Shown piece by piece: positions 25,642 to 38,835 of a stretch of DNA of 64,000 bases. The DNA is from Albugo candida (Eukaryota), in NCBI GenBank assembly GCA_040437565.1, contig JBDOQK010000026.1:248001-312000 (forward strand). Direction: 5' to 3'. The notes under the pieces are model-generated. The model was given only the letters and a program-made list of their open reading frames with translations. It made no database searches and was not told the DNA's origin. Made by a program: the position numbers and the translations under genes. Within the stretch, counting starts at the first letter, position 1. The number at the start of each line of letters is the position of its first letter.

Positions 25642-26568
25642 ATGTTATTGCATTGTGCATGGATCGTATTTCACGCTATATTATGGCTACCATTACGAGG
25701 TGACACCAACCCACCCTTATTTAGTGCTGGTCAGTATGATGAAAAACTAGCATTATACCTGGTGCGCATATCCTCAGCGATGTACTGTCCGGCACCCGCA
25801 ATTTCAATTTGGAGTTGCGTAGCTTGTTCTCAGGCAGGTCTTTTACAAGACACGAAAGTCGTGATCGACTCGGAAAGTAGTTTTCAAGGAATAGTTGGGT
25901 ATTCGGCGGATCGTGACGCGATTGTCATTGCATTCCGTGGAAGTAGCAATTTGAAAAATTGGATTGCTAATGTCAAATTCGTGAAAACGAAAGCGTACAA
26001 TGACTTTCCTGAGGCGTTGGTTCATCGTGGCTTCTACGAATTATACCAGAAAGTGGCAGCGCAAGTTTTAGCGAGTATACAAAAACTACGTCAAGAACAT
26101 GCAACAGCGGTCATTCTAGTGACTGGGCACTCGCTGGGTGGAGCGATTGCCTCAATTTGTGCCTTTGAGCTGAAACTTCTTCACGGCTTGGATGCACACG
26201 CCGTCTATACCTTTGGTCAGCCAAGATTAGGAAATTTCGCGTTCGCCCAATTGATGAACAACTATGTGCCCAGTCTGAATCGAGTGATACACGCTAAAGA
26301 TGTTGTTCCTCATATGCTGCCGTCATATTTGCGATATTATCACTCCAAAACTGAGGTTCGCAATGTCGTGAAAATTCACTTTAAGGTTTCACTAAGTGTT
26401 CCTTTGCAGATTTTTTATGGAAAGTTTTTTGAATCGTATCGTATGTGTAGCGCTAAGGACGGTGAAGATAAAACGTGCTCAAATGTATGCGCTCCGTACT
26501 CATGCCAGAGTATCGAGGACCATACAAGCTACCTAAATGTTACATTGGGGGACCGCGTACAATGCTAA
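25642..26568 (+). CDS. Secreted class-3 lipase (alpha/beta hydrolase), paralog A; probable intron 26356-26409
   Basis: Hydrophobic N-terminal signal-like segment, IVIAFRGS, VHRGF, nucleophile motif VTGHSLGGA, YTFGQPRLGN, DVVPH and C-terminal DH. Confidence 0.92.
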   Translation: MLLHCAWIVFHAILWLPLRGDTNPPLFSAGQYDEKLALYLVRISSAMYCPAPAISIWSCVACSQAGLLQDTKVVIDSESSFQGIVGYSADRDAIVIAFRGSSNLKNWIANVKFVKTKAYNDFPEALVHRGFYELYQKVAAQVLASIQKLRQEHATAVILVTGHSLGGAIASICAFELKLLHGLDAHAVYTFGQPRLGNFAFAQLMNNYVPSLNRVIHAKDVVPHMLPSYLRYYHSKTEVRNVVKIHFKVSLSVPLQIFYGKFFESYRMCSAKDGEDKTCSNVCAPYSCQSIEDHTSYLNVTLGDRVQC

Positions 26569-27846
26569 ATGCCTCTCATTGGGCTTGCACGGATTTGACA
26601 TCGAGAATATTTTCGGATCAAGTGAACAAACTTTGCTTTCAGAGCGGCATTTCGTATTGCGAGCTCTATGCTGCAATCAGATGTCAACGAATTAGAATTA
26701 GAGCACCAGACATAGCTCGTCTATACACAAGTGTAGACGTGAAGCAAGAGATCGCTGGCATCTCAAACAATATTACTGCTCTGTTTCTTTAATGTGTCGT
26801 GCCTCAAAACACGGTGTCTTCTTACCAATTCCAGCGAAGCACTCGGTGGGTTTTCCAGTCGAGTGTGGACCTAAGAAATGCTCTAGAATTGTTCTAGTTG
26901 GCCAATAAGATGGCGCTTCGTTCTTGATTTTTCTATCACTCTCGGTGTCCTTTGATCAAACCCGAGTTGGAGAAACTTTATTGGAGACGAAAGCGAACGT
27001 CGCAATGAAAAGGTTTCTAGCCAATTTCATGATACAATGAGGCACTACGTCCTGCGATTGCTACGATCATACAATCTCNNNNNNNNNNNNNNNNNNNNNN
27101 NNNNNNNNNNNNNNNNNNNNNNNNNNNNNNNNNNNNNNNNNNNNNNNNNNNNNNNNNNNNNNNNNNNNNNNNNNNNNNGGACCCAAGAAATGCTCTAGAA
27201 TTGTTCTAGTTGGCCAATAAGATGGCGCATCGTTCTTGATTTTTCTATCACTCTCGGTGTCCTTTGATCAAATCCGAGATGGAGAAACTTTACTGGAGAC
27301 GAAAGCGAACGTCGCAATGAAAAAGTTTCTAGCCAATTTCATGATACAATGAGGCACTACGTCCTGCGATTGCTACGATCATACAATCTCGTAACATACT
27401 TTGCTCAATCGACTAGAAACTCATTTTCAGCTATGTGTATTATGCAGAAACCATTCGATCATTCAGACTATAGCCATACTCCCTCACCAAAGTGAAGCAC
27501 ACGTCAATGTGCACTTGGATCATCAGTATAGCGTAGACACGTAATAAATAATACATTCTCCAGTCTGGTATTACGAGCTCTAGTAAATAATCAAAAAGGG
27601 GACTTTTCAATTAATACCCCGTATAAACGCATACTTACTAGAAAATGGAAACAATGGTATCGCGTCATTCGGACAGGAGCGCATGCGACCCAAACCAAAA
27701 TGCCACAAAGACTTCACCCCATTCACATATTGTACTGTCTTATTGTCTTTTCTTCCTCTATAATTTGGTGGGTCGCTTTTGACACTTCAATTTGACCTTC
27801 CACTTCTCCTTCATAATCGTACTCTAGTCGGCCGATACTGTACGCG

Positions 27847-30800
27847 ATGCATTCGGTGCAGAATTCACATGCAGCCGGAGTGTGGACCATGTTGATAGCG
27901 CCTGTCAGTGACAAGGATCCCCGTTCTCGTACCTCTGCTAACAAAAAATCCACCAATTCGTCGCTAGATCCATCCCTTTCCTGCAGGCCGTCCCGCCATT
28001 GGGGCCCAAACGCGCTTGAAAAGTCCTCTCATGACCCACTCACTGCCTCTTTGGCCTCTCATACAAGCACAAAATCGGCTCGTAAAGCTTCATCTTCCAT
28101 ACTTGGAGACGTATTCTTTGATACAACCATTCGGTCCGACATCCCAGTACTGGAATCTTTTATCGAGGACGAAGAGGAAGCCATTATGAGAACGCTTCCT
28201 AAAAATCCGGGTCCATCGCCGCAGTTGGAAACTGAACGTTCAAGCTCGCGAACCAATCCATCCACTTTCAGTCTCTCCACTTCGTGGCCACTTTTGAGCG
28301 TCTCCATGAGTCTTCAAGTCAAACGCCACGTACTTCGGAGTGGATGGCTCAACAAGCAAAGCGATCACCTAAAATCATGGAATCGACGATTTTTTGTGCT
28401 CATGGAGCGCATCCATACGCCAACGAAAATGCGGTGGACATCGTTGCAATATTACAAATCCGATCAATGCGGTCGAATTCGTGGCGAGATACCTATTCAG
28501 AACGCTCTACCTGCAGAAATGACGTACCAGGAAGCTTGTGCCGCAGACGATTTCTATCGTAACCCAGCAACGATTCGATTTGTCGACCAAGAAGAGAGTA
28601 GGCGGCCTTATTGCTTCCAAGTAGGTCGCGGTCACATCCAATTCCTCTGCCAAGCACACGATGAAGAGGACGTCAGCGCGTGGGTATATGAGCTCCAGGT
28701 TGTTGAACAAGGTGATCCAGTAGCATCTCCAGGATCGTTTCAGACTTTGCCGGAATCTGACCACTTTAACCGGTCAAGTATGGAAGAAGATCGAGCGAGA
28801 GATAGTTTTTGGTTGTCGATGTCGCATTTGAATAGCAGAGTGTACGAGAATTCGGACTGGCGATCGTCCTCATCAATGTCCTCATTGAGACTTGCTCGAA
28901 AACAAGCCGTTCGACCTCGGATGGATAGCACGGATGTCGCCACACTAATCTCTCATCGATCTGACAGTCTCAAGCCTCAACGCGTCATAGAAATCTGCTT
29001 TGTGGCCGAACTTCGTAGACTCTTGAATGATGCAAACTCGCACGAGTCGATGATATGTTCTACTTTTATCAAATCCTTTTCCTTTGATGCAACACATTCA
29101 ATTGCTCCATTTGTGCGCTTGAGAGCTTTCCATGGTAATATCACCGAAATGATTTTACGGGACCACAGTCTGCGGATGCTTGAACTGGTCCAAGATAAAA
29201 CGTTCGATTCCGATCATCTTCTCGCGCTTTTACGTGCTTGTACGCACCGGCACATGGAGCAATATATTCTTTCTCCGATTCAGGTCAAGCTTGAAGCATA
29301 TTTATCGCAGGAATTTCACGTTGAAGACGTGCGATTGTATCGAAAATCCCAATGGCTAAAGGGCAAAGGTCAGCATTTCTTTCAGATTCCAGATCATCAC
29401 ATCTCTTCTCGCGAATGGCATCGAGCTACAAAGGTATTTCGAACAATAACGACGACATTGTGCCCTTCAGCTCGATACCAAATACTCGTGAAGACAATCA
29501 ATGAGATTAAAAGCACATTTTCTCGAGAGCATAATGGTCTTTTACAATCCGAAGACCTGCTCCCGATATTCACATTCGTAGCTGCGAGCAGTGGAGTCGA
29601 GCATTTGGCGTCGACCAGAGTGATTTTGTCTGAACTGAACATGTGCTTTCGTGGTGAAAATAGTGATGGATACATTAAGGTGTTCACAGACGCGTTATCC
29701 TTCATTGAGAGTGTGATCACTCCACCAGAACTTGAAGACGTATTCAAAGATTCCGTGACGGTCTCTACAGACGAGTATTATAATTCTTTCATACTTTTAG
29801 AACCGGAACCAATGTACCGTTATGGAGTCAGCATTGCCAGCATTACAACCAAAGGCTCGACTGCATTCGGGGCAAGTATTGGTGAAGGATATGTACTGAT
29901 GACATTGAATGGCCAAAGCGTTGTGTTCTGGTCCTATTCCGACGTGTTGACGCTTTTTACGCGTTCGACAAAGTCGTATACGTTTTCATTTGTCGCACCT
30001 GAATCGTATTTGATGATTCTCCAAGCGAACAAAATAATATGGAACGAGTCCTTGCTGAACGCATGTAAGCGGGGCGATATTGGATGCGTGCAAATGCTTC
30101 TTGCCAATGGAGCTGATGTCAACTACGTGGGGCACGAGTACAGGAATACCGCTTTACATGTTGCAGTAGAGGCGGTACACCTTAATATCGTTTCGTATCT
30201 CTTGCAGCATGGAGCATGTACCTCCAAAATCGACGAATATGGTCGAACTGCGCTTCATATGGCGGGATTGCCGTGTCGATCGCGATGTGAATCGATCTCG
30301 AGAGATGCACGAATTGCTGTGATTATACGCAAATTGCTACATTACGGAAGTCAGCACCACCAAGTCGATATGTTTGGTAATACAGTGTTGATGCTGCTGG
30401 CCGCCAACGGCTACCTGAGTGGTATTGACATTCTGATTGAGGCTAAGCACGATGTTGAGCTAGATGCACGAAATTGGACGCATGGAATGACTGCATTGAT
30501 GATGGCGGTCCAGCGAGGGAATTACCAAGTGGTGCAAGCTCTGCTGGATTACGGTGCCACGGTCAATTGCCAGACACTAAATGGAGAAACTGCGCTTCAT
30601 TTCGCCGCTAGCGTTGCGAATAGAGATATTTGTGAGCTATTGGTCGACCATGGGGCAGATGTGAATATCTGTAGCACAGCCGGAATCTCACCGCTCATGT
30701 TAGCACTTTGCCAAGGAAATTGCCATACATTGATTCGATTGGACTCGATGGATCCAAGCTGCAGAAATACGTCAACATTCACACAACTTGCTTCAAAATG

Positions 30801-32922
30801 CCCGAGCAGATATCGCTCTGCATCTAAAGCATCCACCAAATCGGATCAAGTGCATGAGGTTGTGTCGCTTGAAGCTGCCTGGGACACTGCCCAATACTTG
30901 TTAGCTGCCGATGGTGACACGAACATCGTGTGCAAGGCCTTTCTTGGACCAGCAGAATACGCAGCAAAATTTGCAGACGACAGCCTTTACAAACTCATAC
31001 TAGCCATGGATGGTGAACGTGATCCATCTGAATCTCTGCAGTTACGAAGTAGTATAATTGAAGCCGGGAATCGATTAGATCTTCATGAGTCTATTGATGC
31101 TACCATCCTGTCAGTCGTGGAGTGTGAGAGAGTCGAGTGGGACGATGTGGGGGCGCTTCTTTGCTACTGGAAAGCTTCCAAGCAATGGAATGTAGTGACA
31201 CACACACTACAAAGTATACTCGAAGAAATACCGTCAAAAAGATCCAAGCTCTGTCTGCGTGTGGTGCTGCAAATTCTGCATCAAATGATTGTCCTTTTGC
31301 AGTACAATGAAGGTAAAAATGCTGAATGCGTGGACGACCTTTACTCCGTGATTTCGTTCGCATATGAACAAGCTCAAGCTCTGGATGCCCAGGCAGTATT
31401 TTGGTGCAAGAGGCATTCTCTTCTGTTCAAATACCAAGAGGCGTACAAAGCGGGCCAAAAGCAGCCTCCGCAAATAATGAGTGGGTCTCATCAACTTTAT
31501 GAGGAGCTTCATGTATTCCTTAGACGATGTAAGCTCTCGAGCGCGAATTTGGCATTTCTGGTCGATCCGCAAGTCACAGAGCTGACAGACGATGACGCTG
31601 CCGAAGCGCTGATAATGGATCCTCTGAGCACTAGCTTTGAGCGAATATCCCTGACACCAACTCTACGATCTTCGACCTCTTGTGAGAATCCGCAATCTCG
31701 AGAGACGAGCATGGAAATAGAAGAAGCGATCAAAGATCGACTCTCGATGGCTGGTGTATGGCCTCAGCAAAAACGGGAAATCATTGACCCGACAAACATG
31801 GAAAAAAATATGCTCCCAAAGCGCGCGCTGCCATCTTTTCGCAAATGTGCTTTTCATAGTCGCTTCTCATTCGTATACCATTGCTCGAATCAAACCTGGT
31901 AAGAAAAGATGTCGTATACAGAGCTTTACTGATCCCAATGATAGCTTACTCGACGTCGAGCCGATGATTGTGGCCCAGCAAATTACACTTTTGCAGCATT
32001 ACTACCTCACACGTGTTCGAGGTTTGATCATATTGTTGTTGGATTTCACGCACTTACCGTATACTTCAGTGTCGGAAATCACAGCTTCCAAGCGTGATGC
32101 AGATCAAACCCCTGGTTTTGATCGTTCAAGAAAGCTCCATCATCACGTATGCATTCACAAACTTCCTCCTTCTTTTTCTACAACATCTGGTTTGCAGATT
32201 TCCATGTGGATCGTGAGCCAAATCCTTTGTCGCGACGACGCCGACCAACGTGCTCAAGTTTTGGATTTCTTTATCAGAGTTGCAAACTTGTTTCTATCAC
32301 CCTTGCAGAACTTCGATGGATTTATAGCTATTATAAACGCCTCCAATGATTCTTCCATTCATCGCTTGAAAAAAACCTGGGAAAAATTGCCTTCGAGAAG
32401 CTACCAAATGTGGCACACATTGAACCAGTTTACACAAAAAGCGGCGCGGTACGTTCCTTCATTATTTACGCCTGTTCGATAGCCTTTACCACGTTTCTGC
32501 GGGTAGAACAATGATCAGGGCAATGGAAGAAGCCTCTCCACCATGCGTGCCTTATCTTGGCACAGTCTTGCAGCAACTGATCGCGTTACAAGAGTGTCCA
32601 GCGTATTGCGTGGTGAAAAAGAGCCTCAATCTAAACAAGGTTTGTATGGAAATTATACTATGAAATGAGTGATGAATGGTTGTGCGATGTGCGTAGTTTC
32701 GGTATCGGAACGCCATTCTACAAAAAGTCACCGAATGTCAGAATGTGCCGTATTTAATCCCTATGGATGCACACGTGCTGGTACGTGGCGTCAGTTTACA
32801 ACGCATCCTGTACAATTTCTATTATCTTCGCGTAGAGAATGGTGTGTGCACCGCCTTCATTCGCGAATCAAGAAGCTGCTTTTCAGCGGTCTCTTGCCGT
32901 AGAGACGCGCGCGCAACGTTGA
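27847..32922 (+). CDS. Multidomain signalling protein: PH - VPS9 - PDZ-like - ankyrin repeats - RasGEF (CDC25-like); multi-exon at the 3' end
   Basis: PH: RSGWLNKQSDHLKSWNRRFFVL ... AWVYEL. VPS9: SEDLLPIFTFV ... GY..VF..AL. Ankyrin: TALHVAV, TALMMAV, GETALHFAA. RasGEF: VAQQITLL, ISMWIVSQIL, QNFDGFIAIINA, IHRLKKTW, PPCVPYLG and terminal RSLAVETR* (stop 32920-32922). Confidence 0.85.
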
Positions 32923-33011
32923 ACATCAATGTGACTGAAATAGTGTGGATCCATCAGAGATGGATTTATATATAATTTATGTACCATGTACTTCAAGTCA
33001 GATTTTTGTCG

Positions 33012-33478
33012 ATGCTCGCGCGCTTGGTAGAGAATTATGGCTCATCATCTGAGGACGAGATGGACGATAAATTTGATCCTGTACATCGAATTGTTAACAA
33101 TTGCTGTGATGTGTTAAGCTGATCGATTGAATTTAGCCTTTACAAAGTAAAAGCCACATCCCTTCGGCAAATGAGATACTTAATGCATCATCTACAGGTA
33201 TGGTAAAGTCCGTTACGCCATGCTTCAGTCATTCAAAGCGAAAAGGAGAAACACTTTCGTCTGGAACAATGAAGATTTTACGATCAGCACCAAAGAGAAT
33301 ACAACAGGATAAGCTTCGTTTCCGGCCACCGCAGCTAACGCGTCCCAATATAGCAACGGAGGATCTTGAGTACGGTAGCTTTGATGCTTTAACGAGATTG
33401 ATTTAACGTGATAATTTCTTTAGTGCGTGGAATACGAAGAAAACGATGCGGAAGCATAATAGTAACCATAAGAAATGA
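33012..33478 (+). CDS. Small spliced hypothetical protein
   Basis: MLARLVENYGSSSEDE..., HIPSANEIL and FRPPQLTRPNIATEDL|DAW are joined by short GT-AG introns. Stop at 33476-33478. Confidence 0.6.
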
Positions 33479-33499
33479 CATTTGCTAATTGTATAGAAG

Positions 33500-34431
33500 C
33501 ATTGCACTCTGGTTTTCTCGGTGTCGTCTCATCGTGCGTAAACCTGAGAAATGAATTGGTTTGGAATATCTTTCCCGCTAAATGAGGCGCATCAAGCTAA
33601 TTTTTGATCTTTTGACGCTCGTTCCAATTGTTTTGCTGCTGCTCCATCCGAAGAAGTGCTCATACAGGCCTTACAGTCCCCCGTTAGAATTTCACATTTA
33701 TATATGCAGCGAACCGTATCCATCGGAATCGATCTCTTAAGATGTATAGTCAGAATGCAGTTCTGATAGTCAGTCAGTATATCAGCAGAGTGGCCATTAT
33801 TGATTTGGTCAGAATGCTTTATTACATCTCACATTCATCGTAGAAGAATTTTGCGGCTTTGAATCGGTCCCCAAAGATATCGCCAAAACCATAGGCTACG
33901 GCCAAGATGCATACCAATAGGCGGAAACATGCTCCCATATCATGCTTGAACTGATCTCCATCAACTTTGTCCAGTGATTCCACGGTCCAATAATTTTTTG
34001 ATCGCACTCGCTCTGATTTCAACATACTGTAATGTATCGNNNNNNNNNNNNNNNNNNNNNNNNNNNNNNNNNNNNNNNNNNNNNNNNNNNNNNNNNNNNN
34101 NNNNNNNNNNNNNNNNNNNNNNNNNNNNNNNNNNNNNNNCTCTTAAGATGTATAGTCAGAATGCAGTTCTGATAGTCAGTCAGTATATCAGCAGAGTGGC
34201 CATTAATGATTTGGTCAGAATGCTTTATTACATCTCACATTCATCTTAGAAGAATTTTGCGGCTTTGAATCGGTCCCCAAAGATATCGCCAAACCCATAG
34301 GTTACGGCCAAGATGCATACCAATAGGCGGAAACATGCTCCCATATCATGCTTGAACTGATCTCCATCAAATTTGTCCAGTGATTCCACGGTCCAATAAT
34401 TTTTTGATCGCACTCGCTCTAATTTCAACAT
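33500..34431 (-). pseudogene. Possible decayed small secreted Cys-rich protein gene (partly duplicated across a gap)
   Basis: Signal-peptide-like MGACFRLLVCILAVAYG is followed by stops. A downstream frame reads RCIYKCEILTGDCKACMS. Confidence 0.3.
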
Positions 34432-35371
34432 ATTGTTATGTATCGCTAAATCGAAAGAAATGTACAGGTGGTCACATTATTTAAAATGTCCAATTCAATT
34501 CGTTGCGTTATCGCCTTAAAGTAATAAGAGATCTTTGCTGCAATATTTGACCTGCTGACGGGGATTCGTACGTCAAGCATTGGACCTGAATAACCTGTTG
34601 TCTCTGTATTGACAAGGTTTCGTGCAAAGGGAGGGCGACATCAGATTTCGGACAATAGCACCACAAGCTCGATCCTTCGAGAAATTGGAAAGGCAAACAT
34701 TAAAGAAGACGTTGCCACCCAAGGTACTCGTAGGCGGCGTTGTCCGGGAAGCTGAGAGTAGCATCGAGTGGAAAAGTAGTGTATGCTTAATACATCACTC
34801 ATTAACAACAATATTTGGTGGCATGACCAGGTGTAGACCCTAGAATATTGAGCTGCTTCTTCATGAGAACGAAAAGCTCAGCACATTAGAGATGGCTGAT
34901 GAACACTTGGTGATCCCGACGTTGTTAAGAAGGCATCTAGCTATTGCAACGAATCCATTAGAAAATTGCCCTCATCTTGTAGCAAACCCTGCCCATGTGC
35001 GATAATTCAAATTGATGATGCAGATTTATTGTACGTGCACTAATTGCTTCGAAGATACTTACGTCCTCTTGGAAGTGATGATGTACTAAGGTCACATAGT
35101 CGTCTGCATTGATGGGTACTCCAAGCTGTATTCCGATGAGTTCCTAACCGATTCTTGGAAACATCCATTCTTGTGTAGTATTCCGAATGCTACCATCACA
35201 TTCTCTAAAGACACGCAGAGCGTAGAGTATACTGTACAATCAGCCTTTGCTTGACCAGTCGCCTCAGATTAACATCTCTAATCTGAACGTGAACACACGA
35301 TGTAATCATGCTTACAATCTCTGAGCCGAAATGAATATTTTCTATGGACAAGCATCGCAGGTGTTAGTGTG

Positions 35372-35633
35372 ACTTGCTGATGAAGGAATAAAAGAGATTT
35401 GGACAAATCTTTCCAGTACTGCAGAGTATGAAAAATCCACCTTCAATTAAAGCGATTAAAACCGCCAATTATATGATGAACGATCGGCCGGTTGCAGCAC
35501 TATCTATAGCTACGCAGCGTTCGCTGCATAAATCAGTACTTCTAGCGATAGTGTTACGAACAAGAAAAGCCCATTTGTATCTGACTAAGATCGACCAGAG
35601 AAAAATTCATAGCAGTCATAGCAGTCATAATAG
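35372..35633 (+). repeat. ~270 bp direct repeat, copy A (copy B at 37202-37492)
   Basis: Both copies contain the near-identical short ORFs MKNP.SI..IKTANY.MNDRP.AALSIATQRSLHKSVLLA. Confidence 0.85.
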
Positions 35634-35640
35634 TGCTGTT

Positions 35641-37200
35641 TGTTATGCGCATCTTTATCGTATCTAACGTCACTAGCCGATAAAAGATCTTAAAGCACGT
35701 ACTTTACTTTTTTTTNNNNNNNNNNNNNNNNNNNNNNNNNNNNNNNNNNNNNNNNNNNNNNNNNNNNNNNNNNNNNNNNNNNNNNNNNNNNNNNNNNNNN
35801 NNNNNNNNNNNNNNNCACAAGTTTACTAGCAAATGTTTACACTTTTTGGTGGTTCAGAGTGAGAGGTGTCCACGCCCGTATGACGAAACACCACGTGCAA
35901 CAAAACCGAATGAGATTATACATTTTGACTACCTATCGATGGCAAGGCTTGGATGGTTTGCGTTACGTCGTTGTGTTGAACGATGGGATGAGCGAGTTCC
36001 GTGAATTTATACTGACAACCGCTGCCAGCACGACGGTTACCGTCAACACTTTGATGGATTGGTTTGAGAGTTATGGTGTGGTGGCGTTGTGGGTATCCGA
36101 TCAAGGATCACATTTCAAAAACGAAATGATGGAGAGGTTACGTAAGCTGCTTGGTTCGCAGCACCATTTCGTTACTGCATACTGTCCATGGTCAAATGGA
36201 TTTGTAGAAGTGCTAAACAGGCAATTGCTGAAGGCAGTGCGGTCAATTCTAAGCGAGAAGCGGCAATCGATTGGACAATGGACGCAGTTATTGTCGCTGT
36301 GTCAGTCGACCATAAACCAACTATCGTTGAGTCGACTTGGTGGTATTACCCCACTGGCGGCGTTTACTGCGCTCCCTCGAGATCCTATCAGTATCATCTA
36401 TCAGCCAGCTAGACTGACAGGGATGTCGTCATTTACAGAGCATGCGATCAATGAGAAACAACATCAACACATGCATGCTCTCGAGTAAACACTTGACGCT
36501 ATGCACAAACAAGTGTCCGATACGGCGCGAAAAAAGAACGAAGCGGCACGACGACGACACGAACAGAAATATGGCACGCAGGCCGTAAATTTCGAAATTG
36601 GTGATTTTGTCTTATCTGAAAATGTCACTCGACGCGAAAACAAGTTGATTCTCCATTGGAAGGGTAGTTACCGGGTGGTGGCTACGATTAATGGATGGAC
36701 TTATGACGTACAGGGACTTGTCGCCATGTTTGCCATCATCAGGCGGCACATCACGCGTTTAAAAGTTTTCAGGGAAAAATATCTGGGGGTTACCGAAGAT
36801 TTACGGTAATATGCAACGTATGCAAATGAGGGGCATATGGTCCAGCGTTTTCTGGACTGCAAAATGAACCCCGATACGCATCAATGGGAGGTGTTAATTT
36901 AATGGCGGGGATTGGACGAAGCCGAAAATAGCTGGGAGCCTGCGCGTATCCACTTGGAAGATGTACCGCTATTATTGGCGCGGTGGGTACGTACCGATGC
37001 CGAAGCGGAAGGAATGCGGAGTTTCGTCCTCAACGAAACTTCAAGCAAAAGAGGGGAATGATGTGTGTCATGCGTATCATTTATCGTATCTAACGTAACT
37101 AGCCGATAAAAGATCTTCACTTTACATTTTTTACGAATAGTAGGTCAGAGCGGACCTCAAGCAATAGTAGAAGGGGATCTGCTAGAAGCACAGAGGATAT
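35641..37200 (+). mobile_element. Gypsy chromovirus LTR retrotransposon fragment (integrase + chromodomain, two LTR starts)
   Basis: WVSDQGSHFKN, HHFVTAYCPWSNGFVEVLNR, GITPLAAFTA, W.G.Y and chromodomain WEVLI*WRGLDEAENSWEP. PPT aaaagagggga. Matching LTR heads tgttatgcg (35641) and tgtcatgcg (37066) share tttatcgtatctaacgt.actagccgataaaagatctt. Confidence 0.9.
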
Positions 37201-37201
37201 C

Positions 37202-37492
37202 ACTTGCTGATGAAGGATTAAAAGGAATTCAGGCAAATCTTTCCCAACTTAGGATATATACTGCATGCTATGAAAAATCCATCTTCAATTGAATCGATCA
37301 AAACCGCCAATTATTTAATGAACGATCGGCCGATTGCAGCACTATCTATAGCTACGCAGCGTTCGCTGCATAAATCAGTGCTTCTAGCGGTAGCGTTACG
37401 ATCAAGAAAAGCCCATTTGACTGGTGAATTGATAATTCAGTGGGTATATTGACTAAGATCGACCAGAGAAAAATAAATAGCAGTCATAATAG
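37202..37492 (+). repeat. Direct repeat, copy B of 35372-35633
   Basis: Sequence match from acttgctgatgaagga to cagtcataatag, with small indels. Confidence 0.85.
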
Positions 37493-38592
37493 ACACTATC
37501 GTAAAGAACATCGAAAGGACCAATGGAGTTTGGACTTTGAGTATAAAGTCTTCGATATATCTGAAAATTGAATGATCAAAAAGCATTCGAAATTTCCTGT
37601 TAATCAATTACCAGAGCAGTATTCACAATTCGAGAGCTCAAATAGATAGCTGACGGGATATGAAATTGAGACACCTTCATCTTATTTTCTAGAATTTTAC
37701 ATTTCTGGACGAATGAGCGAAGAGAATATCGGATAGCGGCTTACTGGATAGAAGCAAGTAGGAAATAAAACGTTTCTGCCTTACAAAATAATCACTGGTA
37801 ACTTCACCAACAGGACATATACACGCACCAGTTTGTTCTATACTGGCTGATTGTATGATTGCTCTAGCGTTCACGGAAAAGGCTTACTTTGTCAAGGATT
37901 TCATTACACTGTTTATCTGNNNNNNNNNNNNNNNNNNNNNNNNNNNNNNNNNNNNNNNNNNNNNNNNNNNNNNNNNNNNNNNNNNNNNNNNNNNNNNNNN
38001 NNNNNNNNNNNNNNNNNNNTTCCGTGATCTACACCACGTTTAGTGCGCACATTCGGTACTTTCGAAGACAGTGTTACGACCACGACGATCGCATTCGGCT
38101 TGCAAAGGTGCTGGATCAGCTCGCAACGCAAGGATCATTTGGTGGATTTTTCAGAAGCCGAAGATCATTACTGCGGGTACGGCATAGACAAGTCAAAATG
38201 CAAGTGCAATTCGGATCCTAGTCCTAGTTGGCTGGTTATGCTCACCGTAGTGTGGCGCACACCAATTTGAAAATCACGGTACTTTTGGCCCATTTTTACA
38301 CCTTTACAACTTTTCAAGTTTACAGCATTCAAAAGCTGGACACAGTCTCGTATTAAGGGTGCTGAGGGTACTGCGATACGAGATTATCAATGAGAAGACA
38401 TATTATCATCTCTCACAGGTATTTCACGAAACGATTTTTATATGTATATATGTTATTTAAGATAGCCTAGGCAACTAGAGAAGTCAGTTAGTCTAATTCT
38501 AGTAATATAGACACCTTCAACTGAACTGGGTACGGACTTCTCGGAAAAGGCTTACTACGTGAATAACACTGGAATACAGTACTTCAATCTCT

Positions 38593-38835
38593 CGGTCCGT
38601 ACCCAGCTCAGTCGGTTAAGCACTTGAGCGCACGGACCCCCTTCCAGGGGTCGTTAGTTCGCTCCCCGGCAGTGTGGGCAGCGGTTTGAGCCCACCCAAG
38701 CAATAGGCTTGGAAAATATCTGCCTCTCTAGGTTTGAAGTTAGACTTGAGTGATATTCACACGGTCAGGGTCTCATGATAGGATAAGGAAGGTAGTTAAA
38801 GAACCAGATAAACAGTGTGATGAAATCCTTGACAA
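38593..38835 (+). mobile_element. tRNA-derived SINE, copy 2, with a 15-bp target-site duplication
   Basis: A-box CAGCTCAGTCGGT and B-box AGTTCGCTCCCC. Flanked by agtacttcaatctct (38578-38592) and agtacttcaatttct (38836-38850). Homologous to 17789-18035. Confidence 0.88.

Noticed and set aside
35428-37452. MKNP... ORFs (79 and 60 aa) as a gene pair
   Set aside because: They are short and motif-less with differing ends, better explained as a duplicated non-coding block.
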